A DNA stretch of 64,000 nucleotides from the NCBI GenBank assembly GCA_027923505.1, contig BROI01000022.1:310001-374000 (forward strand), written 5' to 3'. How positions within the stretch are numbered: position 1 is the stretch's first letter; every line of letters starts with the position of its first letter. The translations under genes were made by a program, and so were the position numbers. Source of the stretch: Mayamaea pseudoterrestris (taxonomy: Eukaryota). The notes beneath the pieces were generated by a model that worked only from the letters and a program-made list of their open reading frames with translations, did no database searches and had not been told where the DNA came from. Below, one piece after another: positions 1 through 12,272 of this stretch.

Positions 1-662
1 ATTGATCGATTTTACTATCAAGTGTGTACGGAATGCGAGTGGGGTTTTAGTGACTATGATGACAAGCGCCTGAATAGTCCGTTAGTTCATTTTAGAAACG
101 AGCCGTCTACTGGATACAAGCCTGGTGTATAGCGCCGGTCCAGGTCTTGCCCGTCTTGAAAATCCCAACTCGTTTAGCAAAGCAGCTTGAGAAATATTTT
201 AATCTCCAATGACGACCAGGGCATCTCCGAGGACCAGCACTAACTGTAAACGCTAAGGATGAATATGCTGGCTGGCTTGCTGCCAGCGGATGATAGTTGT
301 TCTTGTACTACCGCTGCTCTTTCCTAGCTAGTATATCTCAGAAAGAAGGAAAACTTTGCAATGTGTTGTCCACCGCGTGCAAGGCAACACTCAAATATCA
401 CATGATTTTATCGGGTAATCTCGTAATGTACTCGGTATACGAAGAGCATGTACTTTTCAAAACCAACAAAGCTGAAACTAATTTAATCTCCAGTGTGAGC
501 AACTCTAGTAGTAAACCACCACGACATTTCTTGGCGCATGACGGCTGCTCTCCATTTGTTGTGGATTGCTAAGACAGTGTCGACGCTTCAAATTCTTTTG
601 TTTTGGTCTAACTTTTTCATCGCTAAGAGTAAAGTCAACTGTAACACCAAACTGTATAATTA

Positions 663-3600
663 TTATGTCGCACTGTTTGCGGAATTAGCTTGGCTACCAT
701 TCTGCCTTTCGCGAATCACTCGCATGCGCTCCTGGTGCCTTTGCAAAGCAATCTCGTTACGCATCTGGAAAGATGCGGCTGACGACGCCCCTCCATATCG
801 TTGCGTCATCTTTTCTAACAGCAACGCCTCCTTTCCCTTGAATTTCTCCATGATAATGTCGATCCGGTCAACTTTGGCTTGGTCGTGCTGCTCCAGAAGT
901 GCCAGCACTTGCTCCCGAATCTTCAGCGTCTCATCTCTTTCAGACGCAGCAGTGTCAACTGGAGCTGCTGACTCGTTTGCTACCTTCGAACTAGACACTA
1001 ATGCGGCCGGTGTCTGCGCTCGCGTCGGGGTTGACATTGTGGGTCTTGGCCTTGAGCCAAGTACTTCATCGCGCCTTGCTCGCACGTTGGATGCAGCATG
1101 ACCAGTCCTCTCCTGACGCAGTTTCTTGCTGGCAGTATCCAGCTCGCTCTCCTTTTCTTCAAGCTTGCGCTCAAGCGTTCCAATCTTGCTCTTCATCTTG
1201 CCAACCTGTTGTTGCAGCGTACGCTGCTCTTGGCGAGCAGTTTCGAGTTCGTCCGCCACTGCCTCTCTTGCTGATTTCTCCTTCTGCCAGCGAGCAGCCA
1301 TGTCATCGTTATTCTTTCTTAGCATTTCAAGCGTCTTGCTGTCTGTCTTGCTCTGGGATCGCGTTGTAGATAGATTCTTTAGCTTGTCCTGCACTCGCGC
1401 ATTGTCGCGCTTAAGGCTGTGCAGCTGGGTCTCGCTGCGCTCTTTCGCGCGCGTTAACGCCTTCATCTCTTCTGTCAGAGCCTTGACAGTCTCTTCAAGG
1501 TTTTTGCTAGTAACATTTCGCTGAGCGGCGCCAATCTGGATGCGACGCACTCTGGTGGCAAACTGCAATGCGTGAACGGACTCATCATACGAATGGTCAT
1601 TCGGACAAATGGCAACAATCATCATTGTTCTGGAATTGCCACCAAGTGAATCTTGCAATAGGTACGTAAGTTTACTGTCTCGGAAAGGGATGTGCGAAGC
1701 CTTTCGGTCTAACGCTTCCATGACATTTCCAAGCGCTGAAAGACTCTTGTTGATGAAGCCAGCCTCTTTCAACTGATCGCCTGATACATTACTCTTGCGG
1801 ACACGCTCGGAACCCGCCAGATCCACTAGGTACAGCGTCCCATTATTCGATATTTCTTTTCCGGTTCCCGACGTGACCTGCACCATTAGAACCATGTGCG
1901 AGCGACTACTATGCTCATTGAGGTCTGTCGCTGCAGTGGCCCGATTGGAATTACCGCGCTTGAGAAGCTCCATTACCTCCTGAATGCTGTGCACTTTCTC
2001 CTTGGTCAAGTCTGGAACAACGACGCGCCCAGCGTCATCTCGACGAATCTCGAGCGATGTCTTTCCGCCCGCGCGTCTGGACTCTAGCTTCTTCTCCGCG
2101 GTTGATGATCCGTGACCAGTCAACAGGTCGTACACTTCTTCATTGTAAATTTCGAGCATGCCGAGATTGATCTCAAAATCGAATGTCACCGGCTCTTTAT
2201 CTCCATTGTCATCTTCGTCGCGCACAAACATATCTGCTGCTCGTTGCTGCTGGGCACGGAGGTTAAGAAGGTGGAAAATCTTCTGAATTGTCCTGTAACT
2301 GATACCATACTGATTGTCCTGTGACGATCCTTCCATTGTGAAAGTCTGTGAAGGGTGGATGCAGTGTGAGTGTGGCCATGATGCCTTATATGAATTGTGT
2401 TTGTACTAGTTACGTACTTTTCCACTGCCTGTCTGGCCATAGGCAAAGATGCATGCATTAAAGCCATCCACCACGCTTAATGCGAGTGGCTCCACGTCTT
2501 GGAAGACGCTGGTTTGTGACTGATCCGGTCCCCACACTCTGTCGAACGCAAAGCTCTTCCATTTGTTTGTTCGGGAATCAAAACATCCTACCTCCGTCTC
2601 GGTCAGCGACTCGACAATCTCCTTGTAACCCTTTTGAATCTCGTTTATCGTCATTGGGCGTACGCGACAATACACTTGAATGTTACCCTGGAGATGCAAC
2701 ATCTTGCTGAGTAGCTGGGCGTTATAGTCGCGTTGAGCATTGAACTTCTTCGACAAGTTACGCAATTCGTCGCCCATGAGTCGTGGGTCACGACTCTCGA
2801 TAATCTGCTGAACGTGCTTCGAGTCGTCTTCGTCGGCTTGGTTGATCAAGTTCACCTCCTTAAAATCTGACGATGCGAGCGAACTGAGACGGTTCATTTG
2901 CGTCACAACCGCAGTGTCTCCTCCGCGACCAAACAACTCCTTATGTAGAAGTTTCAAATCGTCCTCCAGGCGTTTGATGCGAACTTCACTCATGCGTTTC
3001 TGGTCCTGCAATTTTTTATAATCTTCCTCGAGACTATTAAATTTCTTTTGCTCTTCATCAAGCCTATATGTCAGCCGCATAACAGATGCTGGCGAGGTTG
3101 ACCGCGGACGATCACGGGCGGGCGTTCGCAAACGACGTGGTGAAGGACCTTCGTCCATAGACGAGAGCTCATCTCGGTCGTAAGACGATCGTCGCCCCAA
3201 AGACGGACTCGGCATGACATCGGCCGAGCCCACATTAACAGACGCCTTTCCTGCTCGTTTCGGCGAAGAAGGAGGGATATTGTTCTGTGCTTCTTCCTTT
3301 TCGCGACGCAAGACAATTACGCGGGCTTCTGTTTCTGCTAATTGCCCCTTGGCCAAGCGTAAATCACTTTCGAGGCGTGTCACCTTCTCTTCGGCTTCAT
3401 GCAGCCGCTCTTCCATGCTAGTTGTGATTGCCGCAATCTCTGACTCCTTCTTGTTAACCTCTTCCTTTGCCCGCTCTAGTTGAGACGTGAGCATTTTCAC
3501 CACTTCGCTCTGCACTTGCTCGCCGGCATCACGATCCTGTACGTCCTTCAAAGACGCCAGAGACATTTCAGTATCGTCCACCTTCTGCTGCAAAAGCGTG

Positions 3601-5083
3601 TTCTCTTCGTGCAATTTGTCCAATTGAGATTTCATGCTGTTAATTTCATGCTGCAAATCCGCCTGCATCCTCTCGCGCAACTCGCCAGCGGCTGCCTCAC
3701 GGCCCATTTGCTCCGCTTCTAGTCTTGCTTCGTCAAAGCGAGCATTTACAGCCTCAAGCTCGTCCAAAATGCCAGTGTAATCCTCCTTGGCATTTTGCAA
3801 AGCCGCTTCAAGTCGCAGAATTTCGTCCTGCAGCCGTTGATTCTCTTCTCCAGCTCCTTGGACGGCCTTGGCAATATTGGATGCATCCGACAACGACGAT
3901 TTGGATGCAATTTCGGCTTCTTTCATCGCAATCGATAAGCTCGTCACCTCCTCCCTATGTTGAGCTCGTTCTTCTTCCAAAGTAAGCATTAAATTCTTTC
4001 GATCTTCCTCCGCGGCTGCAAGCTCCTCTTGCGTCAATTGAATCTCCTCCTTTGCCAGTGTTAACTCCTCTCTAATAAGAACAATGTCTTCTCGTAAACG
4101 CTGTTCCCTATCCAAAAAGTCTGCATTCTCCGATTGTAAGCGACGGAGCTCCTCCTCTTCTTCGTCAACTCGTTGATGCGACTTGAGATCCTCAATTTCG
4201 TTTCGCAACGAGTCCATGGTTCCTTCAGTTTCACTAAGGCGATTCTCCGTCTCAATCAATTGTTCCGTCACCAACTCAAGCTCTTCCTCTAGTTTCTTGA
4301 CGTATGCTTCATCAACCGATGGTGCACTGTCGGCTGTATCCATCGACTTGACCATACCAACATTATTGTCCTCCGTCGCGTCATCCATGAGTGAGGTCTC
4401 CCTCGCAGCGTTGCGAGCTTCAGCCGTCGCCAAGCGCGCCTCGAGCTTTTGAATCTCATCCTCCATGCCTTGTTTGTCGACTTCCAATTCAAGTCTCGTC
4501 TCCTCCAGTTCATTCTCTTTGAAAGCCAGCTCTTCATGAACAGCATCAGCTTCCTCGCGAACATGCGCAACCGATTCCTCCAATTCGCGAATGCGTTGGT
4601 CTGCTTCATCCTGCGCTTGCTCGGCAGCCCGACGCAATTGCTGCTCCTCCTTGAGCTTGCGACGAGACTCTGTCAAGGACGCCTCCAGCGACGAAAGTTG
4701 AGGCGCAATGTTTTCAAGCTGAGCCGACAAGGCGCGGTTCGCCGCCGTTGATTCGGCCAGCTTTTCCTCTGTGAAATTTAAGGTGATAAATTTAAAGTGT
4801 GAGTAAACCAGTATTTGATACAACCAATTATGTACTCTCTTAAAGCAAAATGGCGTCGGTCTATTTAAGGAGCATGACTTCACTTGATAGTCCCTTCCCT
4901 CGCATCTACAAAGCTAACTTGTTCCTACATCAAAGTTACGCTATACTTACGCATTTTCGCAAGTTCCGCATCAAGTTCTTCCTCCAGCTCGCGACTGCTA
5001 GCAATATACTCGTCAAATGCCGACTGCAGCGCCAGCAGTTCGGCCTCTCGCTCCGCCACGGTGGCGCTAAAGACTTCCGGCAT
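663..5083 (-). CDS. Kinesin-14 family motor protein (C-terminal motor, long N-terminal coiled coil); 3 predicted exons 5083-4951, 4768-2418, 2345-663
   Basis: Neck motif LQGNIQVYCRVRP, P-loop AYGQTGSGK|TFTMEG rebuilt across a GT-AG intron (2417-2346), switch motifs NEHSSRSH and LVDLAGSER, HIPFRDSKLTYLLQDSLGG. Both splice junctions preserve frame. Confidence 0.93.
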
Positions 5084-5518
5084 AATGGTGCAGCAGTTTT
5101 GTTCTATCAAAAGCCTCCCCTAGCTTCCCAGTCTTCTTTGGTATAAATGCAACCTATAAGGCAATGACTATCGTTTCACAAAACAGCAAGAGCAGAAACA
5201 GTTGGTCGTCCCAACGAGCGGATGACCAATCCGTTGGATCAACGAGATGGCATCGTGACCTCTCGTGACGCAATGAGTGCCGGTCCGATAGCTAGCTATG
5301 TGTTAGCTGTCAATGGAGCTGATTTGTGGTTATTCAAGCTTCTGTACGGTAGTACTTGGACCGCTTGGACAACAATCTATAATATTTCTATCTCTAAGCC
5401 ACCAAAAGCTATAGACTTTCATACAATGTTTCTTTGGTTTTGATACACAGTGAATTCATTATAAATGGTACACGCAAGATACTCGGCCTAGCCTTTGTGG
5501 AAACACTCCCAGCTCACG

Positions 5519-6079
5519 TCATGGTCCATTATCAATGAACCCCATTGCCTTCAGTACGAGTCCACAGCATTTCCGTTGGGCGCAATCAACATTGTCTTCG
5601 CCTGCGACGCGTGACATTGCTGTGGCCGCATCCTTTGATGGCTCAAGCAATTGGAATCGGTCTTTCATATCCGTAATAAATATTTTAGCACATTTTGCCA
5701 CATCATTTTCACTGAACGCTTCGTAACGGTCTGCCTGAGCCATGAATGCAAGGACTTCGCTATAGCCACCAGAGCCGCCATCACTTCCATCCCACTTTGA
5801 TTTCTGCAGAAACAAGGCCAACGCTAGTTTCACTTCCTCAAAGTCGCTTGGTTCATTGTTTCCAGCCAGCAAGTTGTCAATCAATGCTTGTCTGGCTTGA
5901 CGAGTTGTGTAACGCTGTCTACTAATGCGTGCACAGTCGTGGCCGGTTCCGACTGCCGATCCCCAGTTCCAATGAGGCGATGTCCATCCAGAGTTTGGGA
6001 CGCCGTAAATTGCTTTGCTTGTACTGAACGATGAAGCGAGCGTTATGAGATAAGAGAGGAGGAGAATGGAAACAAACAT
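5519..6079 (-). CDS. Hypothetical protein with N-terminal signal peptide (possibly plastid-targeted)
   Basis: 186-aa ATG ORF; hydrophobic N-terminus ending LASSFS, resembling the diatom ASAF cleavage motif. Confidence 0.75.
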   Translation of the reverse strand: MFVSILLLSYLITLASSFSTSKAIYGVPNSGWTSPHWNWGSAVGTGHDCARISRQRYTTRQARQALIDNLLAGNNEPSDFEEVKLALALFLQKSKWDGSDGGSGGYSEVLAFMAQADRYEAFSENDVAKCAKIFITDMKDRFQLLEPSKDAATAMSRVAGEDNVDCAQRKCCGLVLKAMGFIDNGP

Positions 6080-6611
6080 TTATTGATGTAGAGTCCTACA
6101 ATGTGTTGCAGTATGCTGAACTGATCGGCGTTTTAGATGTCGGCTGTCAGATGTCATCGACCATCGACGGACGCCGTGCGACATTAGGCATGAGACTGTG
6201 AAAAAAATATGCACTAGCACTATTCCTACCGGGATACAAACAACGGAACACTTTTACGGACTTAAGATCATTCACGTAGTAACTAGGTCTCGTCCAGAAG
6301 TATGTGCTACTGTCTTTCCTGCGATTTCGTATATCCGCAATTTTCGCTGTGGTTGCTGTTGCTGAGTCATTTGTAAAAGTCCGTGCAACGAAATGCTATG
6401 CACAACTGACACTTTCTGGCATCAATAGAAATTTATATGATATGTTTGGAGAGTAAGCAGATAGTTAATTCACTTTCGCATAAGTTGGTCATCTTGATAG
6501 GCACATAGGCACCTCGTAAATTTCAGTATTCGTTCGTCGGACGTCGGACAACAGACGCCTCAGCCATTAGAATCGAAACGAAAGCCAAGCATAAGTAAAA
6601 GCATTAAATAT

Positions 6612-6974
6612 TTACTTTCCTCCGCGTTTTAGCAGTCCCTTTAAACCTCGTTCGCTCTTGGTCGCTTCTTGACGTGCGCGAAAGGAAGCAACGACATTTT
6701 TTTGTCGCTGCGATTCACTTGAAGCCGAGTCAGACGATGACGATGAGGACAGTGACGCTGTTGGTTCCATAGTTCGTAAACTGTTAAGCTTGGCAATGCG
6801 CTCCTGCCTGCTAGATGCCTTTGTGTTCAATTCGGATGATTGCTCCCGACGTTTTTGACCTCGCTCATGCTCCGTGGCTAATTCCTTGCCCTTCTGGACA
6901 GCCGCCTGTCCTCCCTTGTAGACTCCATATCCAGCAGCACCAATTGCAGCAGCTGTTAGTATTACCATGATCCC
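6612..6974 (-). CDS. Small hypothetical membrane-anchored protein
   Basis: ORF with hydrophobic N-terminal segment (MVILTAAAIGAAGYGVY) followed by a charged helical region. Start placed at the first ATG, near 6969. Confidence 0.6.
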   Translation of the reverse strand, partial: GIMVILTAAAIGAAGYGVYKGGQAAVQKGKELATEHERGQKRREQSSELNTKASSRQERIAKLNSLRTMEPTASLSSSSSSDSASSESQRQKNVVASFRARQEATKSERGLKGLLKRGGK

Positions 6975-7264
6975 AAAATTTGTCACTTGCTATGAACTTG
7001 ACGAGAGCGGAGAAACCTGGCGACAGGAGGTTCCGGTTGTGACTCTTGGGACGAGCGTGTGAATCGACGAACGATGAACGATAAAAACCGTCAACGACGA
7101 CGCCGGCCGGCGATGTCGCACCACAACTCACAACATTGTCCGTGAAATCATTTTCTTGAAATGACTCAACACTTGTTGGAATGATGACCCTTGGATCTTG
7201 GATCGGTCGCATAATCGACGCCTGCCAATGGCAACAGTCGAGAATATACATACCTCACTAAACC

Positions 7265-7990
7265 ATGAGGCTGTCCATCGTCTTGCAGCTACTCTATGCA
7301 ATTACTGCGTTTCGCCTGAACTCTTCGTCGCCGACTGGCGCGTCGGGTTGCGATGGCAACGGGCCAGCCGTTGGTGGCCCTCACCTCGACAATGATCCAA
7401 CCACTGGCAGCCTGGAAGGCTTTGGTCTCAAGGTTTCCCTCGAATCAGATGTCTTGCAAACAAGTGGAGCTCTTACAATACCTGCCAATCGTGACCATTT
7501 GCTGTACCTATACACGGAGCAAGTCGACGGCAGCAATGAGTTCCGAGGCTTTCTCTTTCGATTGGCAAATACCAATGGCGAATCAACTTTGGGATACTTG
7601 ACCATTCCAGAAAGTATTTTGGATGAAGCGCAGGTCGCAGACACATGTACAGACCTCAATATCACTGGTATCACTCATGTGAACAACGACTTGAAGTCCA
7701 ACATTGCAATCAACTTGAACATTCCTGAGAAAACGAATGGTTTATTGCTTGATGTTACGGCAGTTATTATGAATCGTTTGGTCAATAATACATGGACATC
7801 AGAGTACTACTCTAGCCAGTACCAGATTAATGTGGGTGGAGCCGAAGAAGAAACTGACATGCCAACGACGGCGCCGTTTGACTTTCCAGACGGACCAGCC
7901 GAAAGCACAGCTGTCTCAACCTTGCCGATGCAAGGTTATAGATTTGTCACACTCCTGCTTGCCATACTTGGATATTCACATATATTATAG
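7265..7990 (+). CDS. Secreted or GPI-anchored Reeler-like domain protein
   Basis: Signal peptide, SSPTGASGC N-terminus, FRGFLFRL and GITH motifs reminiscent of Reeler domains, PT-rich linker and hydrophobic C-terminus. Confidence 0.7.
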   Translation: MRLSIVLQLLYAITAFRLNSSSPTGASGCDGNGPAVGGPHLDNDPTTGSLEGFGLKVSLESDVLQTSGALTIPANRDHLLYLYTEQVDGSNEFRGFLFRLANTNGESTLGYLTIPESILDEAQVADTCTDLNITGITHVNNDLKSNIAINLNIPEKTNGLLLDVTAVIMNRLVNNTWTSEYYSSQYQINVGGAEEETDMPTTAPFDFPDGPAESTAVSTLPMQGYRFVTLLLAILGYSHIL

Positions 7991-8130
7991 CAAAATCAAC
8001 ATTTGGTCTGCGCATTTTCGTACATAGGTACTCGGTTTTGAACTGCTCGATTCCTCGGCAAAGTTCAAGATGTTTAGCACTAACACATATAGTACATGTA
8101 GCTGATGTTGACCGTTGCGTAGTAATGGAA

Positions 8131-11100
8131 AGTATGTGAAATTCAATTCTATGTACTGTTTGTTCTTACTATGTTTGTTTGTTGCAGACAGTAGCAGAAT
8201 GAAACATACTGCTAGCTACTCACTGTCAGTAGCCTGGAGCTGGGCATGTGCTATCTGACACGATTCACATGCACCGGCCCGTCCTCAACGGCGAGCCAGA
8301 CAGTCAACGGACACGCCCGTCGGGTATTAGCGAAGATGGGCGATCCTGTTGCGACATCTGCGATCCTCGCCAGTAAAAAGAGCGATGGCTCGCCATGGAG
8401 GCAATCTTCAATTGCAGTCCTTAAAATTAGCAGGTTGCACACGAAAAACAGCAACCAGAGCGATACCTTTACTTGTCATAGTGCATGGTGCCTTGTATGC
8501 AGCATATAGTACACTAGCAGACGGAAAAGTAGCAGCGTGTTTAGAGGTGATATAGCCGGTTATCCTTGGTTCGATTCCGAGGTGCGCTACTTTTAACGCA
8601 TAGTGATACTACTTTTCTGTTGCATACTGCTATGGTAGCGTCCCTATCGAGAGATCTGGACTGAGGCTGCTGGTTCGAGTTGCGATCGAATCAAGCGAAG
8701 AAAAAGCAAAAATTCACTGGTTGCACGGGTTTGTCACGAACGAACGATGGGGAGTCGCGGACCCTGGGGAGTGCACAAAGATGCGCCGAGCCCGAAACGC
8801 CGCAGGAAAAACTGAAAGTGACATTCCCCCCGCGAGACGAAAATGCCAGCTGAAACGGAAGACGAGTTAGCACTATGACGCGCAAAGCTAGGGGGAGTAG
8901 CAGGTTGCACACGAAAAACAGCAACCAGAGCGATACCTTTACTTGTCATAGTGCATGGTGCCTTGGATGCAGCATATAGTACACTAGCGGACGGAAAAGT
9001 AGCAGCGTGCTTAGAGGTGACATAGCCGGTTATCCTTGGTTCGATTCCGAGGTGCGCTACTTGTATCGGCATAGTGATACTACATTCTGTTGCATACCTG
9101 CTAAATACTCATCATAATTTTATTTACATATCCTACGATAGGTACTTCACTTTGAATCTAAAAATAGACAACTGTCTATCGGAAACGGAAACAAACAACA
9201 TGTTGATTGTCGTACTTTTTCAAAAAGCACAATGATTCCTCACGTCTCTGTCTTCATGTCGAGTGTTGTTCAATGAGCACCTTTGATGGACGAAGTCATA
9301 TTCGCCTTTGTCTCCTTGGGCGCCTCTGATATCTGGGACCATCTGTCTGAATTTGGCGTGTAGTCCCCTCAGCATTCCTCTCGGACTTATGGTGTTGACG
9401 CGATTTGCGTCGACAGAAAGTACCTCAGAACCTCAGTACTGCTCTTCTGATATTTGTTCGGATATTTTCGTTGATCTTATGCCGCAAGAAGACGAAGGTT
9501 TACCCGACGGACGTCGTTGGGATATCAGGATCCTTCCTACTTGATGGTTCCTACTTGGCTGCAAAGCAAGTTTGAAGAACAATCTTTGCGAGCCGTCTTG
9601 CAGACCTCTCTTTGATTCAGTTTGCCCGTTGGTTGGATAACATGATCAACTTAAAGGCAAGCAACAGGACTCGTCGACCCGACAAAGACCCATTCTCGTA
9701 AACCATGGGCAACAAAGAAGCTTAAAGCAAAACATGATCCAAGTGTGCAAATACCATGCGCCAACTTGGGGTGGTCGGCAACCCAGCCGCTCAAATATAA
9801 ATTGAAAAAGAAAAACAATGGAGACGGCAAAATGGAGGGGAGCCGCTCAAAAAACTAACGAAGACCAGCACATGATAGTGGATGTTACAACAGAGGAACC
9901 AGTGCAAGTACAGAGGCAACCAGCAATCGGAGTTGATTGGGATCAAACAATTGGATCTTTAAAGCGTATCACGAATCTTGTCGCGGTTAAACAACCTACT
10001 AGACAAATTACGGAACATTCCTGTTGTCTTTCTTGGTAAAGCTAATGCTCTTCTACGCTTACCGCCCCTTTGCGACTCAGGGCATCGACTTGGTGTAGCC
10101 AACGGCACTGGTTGCCTCGAGTGCAAACGCCGTTTAATATCACAAACTGCTTGGCCGCTGGACTCTACCAAGATTGATTTTGCGATCGTTCCTTCCGAGT
10201 TTAACTTCAAAAGGATCGACAACTTCCCGGTGAGTCTTCCAACAGGATATCATCGACATGCTGCTGGGGCGAGACGTCTTAACACTCTTGACCATTGACT
10301 TTGGAGACAAACAAACATTGGGGTAATCAATCGATCAATGGTGACGATGGAGGATTTGAGCAATCGGCCAAAAACAAATCAGAGACTCTTTGTTTGGCGG
10401 TTTGTTCTATTCTCTGATACTGAACCAGACCTGCATACACAAATTTATCAACTAGTATAACATTCGACAGGCGATTGCGATCAATCAACTCATTTAATGA
10501 ACATACCGATTTAAAGCGTCTCTTCTGACCTTTCCCGCTCTCTTTTCAGGCAAGCGGCAAATACCCACGAGCTAGTCGTGACATTGATCCACAAGCTAAA
10601 CCAGTTCATAAGACATTATCCAGTGCCTCGTGCCTGAGCAAACCTTCAAGAAGACTCGATCGACTTCGAACTCGGACTGACCTTCCCTGATGGCGCCCTT
10701 GTATACCAAAAAGACAAACTGGCACCTTTGTTTCTGACTTTCGGGCGTTGAATAAAGTGATAAAGGCTTTGAGCCGTATCCATGAACTCTGGCGCCATAT
10801 TCCACAAAGCTTGTTTCAATGCAGTATTATACCTTCCAGTTGGACAAACACTCTGCGCATCGTTGTTTTTCTTTCGTGCCTTGCCAATGGGCGTCAATCA
10901 AGCCCCGATATTGCTCAAGAGGTGATGGAGAAAGTTTTACAAGGATTGCGCGTTGAAAAGTACCTTGATGGATGTGGTTGCTTTGCAACTGAAACTTGAC
11001 TCTCTTAGAACGGTTTTAAAGCGTCTCGAGGAAGCGGCTTTACAATCAATCAAGCAAGTGCATGGGCGTCAAGGAAACACGACTGGCTTGGGTACTGGCT

Positions 11101-11808
11101 CACGCCACAGGACTCAAACCCTGGCCCCAAAAAGTCAAGCAATTGTGGATATGAACCTCCTACCATCTCACAGTTGCGCTCATTCCTTGGTCTTGTAACT
11201 TCTTGTGAACATGTGCCTCGTCTGCACATCTTGCTCCTTTGTCTCATTCGGCCAAATACTTTTCAATGGTGCGCCTCAACAAAAGAAAAAGTTCTGGCAT
11301 GTTCTTCGTTTTTATCCTGATCATAACAAACCATTCGTCATCAAGACAGTACCTCTGATTATCAACTCGGCGCGTCATCCTTCAGATGCTCGAATGCCTA
11401 ATTTCTCGCGCAAACTCAACAGCGCCCAATCAATTACACCATTGAAGGAATTGCTAAGTATTGTTGAAACGCTCGAAACGTTTCGTTCGGTGCTGCTTGG
11501 TGCGCGTTGCAAATCCATACGGACCATAAAAATCTCACCACGTTGACCCTTCCAAACAACGCGTCGGCGTTGGCGTCTGTACTTGGAGGTTGAAGTTCCT
11601 TTATCTCAAAGGGAGCTTAACACTTTGCAGATGCTCTTTCGGGTTCCACAAAACTGTGGGGGAGACCCTGTTGATGTTTAAAGCAACAACAGGATCAAAA
11701 GAACGCAAACAGGTCATCGCGACATACCCATCCGATGACAACTAACGGTGTCAAATTGGCCATCACGATGGCGCGTTCTTGCACATTCAATTGAATCAAC
11801 ATTGGCGG
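8131..11808 (+). repeat. Degraded tandem duplicate of host flank plus the 5' part of the Gypsy element (probable assembly artefact)
   Basis: Begins with the same sequence as 11809 onward (offset 3678), including 116 bp of flank, the 5' LTR and the nested TRIM. It then follows gag-pol up to about 16165 with many short deletions. Confidence 0.85.
8428..9103 (+). mobile_element. Second copy of the tRNA-like TRIM, inside the duplicated block
   Basis: Same LTR-PBS-internal-PPT-LTR layout as 12106-12781; its 3' LTR has about 7 substitutions. Confidence 0.75.
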
Positions 11809-12206
11809 AGTATGTGAAATTCAATTCTATGTACTGTTTGTTCTTACTATGTTTGTTTGTTGCAGACAGTAGCAGAATGAAACATACTGCTAGCTACTCA
11901 CTGTCAGTAGCCTGGAGCTGGGCATGTGCTATCTGACACGATTCACATGCACCGGCCCGTCCTCAACGGCGAGCCAGACAGTCAACGGACACGCCCGTCG
12001 GGTATTAGCGAAGATGGGCGATCCTGTTGCGACATCTGCGATCCTCGCCAGTAAAAAGAGCGATGGCTCGCCATGGAGGCAATCTTCAATTGCAGTCCTT
12101 AAAATTAGCAGGTTGCACACGAAAAACAGCAACCAGAGCGATACCTTTACTTGTCATAGTGCATGGTGCCTTGTATGCAGCATATAGTACACTAGCAGAC
12201 GGAAAA

Positions 12207-12272
12207 GTAGCAGCGTGTTTAGAGGTGATATAGCCGGTTATCCTTGGTTCGATTCCGAGGTGCGCTACTTTT
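12207..12272 (+). ncRNA. tRNA-like Pol III module in TRIM 5' LTR (anticodon arm apparently missing)
   Basis: Consensus B box and T-arm CCTTGGTTCGATTCCGAGG, A-box-like TGTTTAGAGG, closing stem GTAGC/GCTAC, followed by TTTT. Confidence 0.7.

Noticed and set aside
538..4751. Long + strand ORFs antisense to the kinesin
   Set aside because: Shadow frames typical of coiled-coil coding sequence.
9150..11808. Independent ancient Gypsy insertion
   Set aside because: It shares the same host flank and insertion point as the intact copy, and differs mainly by dense small deletions.
12207..12272. Functional tRNA gene
   Set aside because: About 60 nt with no recognisable anticodon arm and an imperfect acceptor stem; repeated as part of LTRs.
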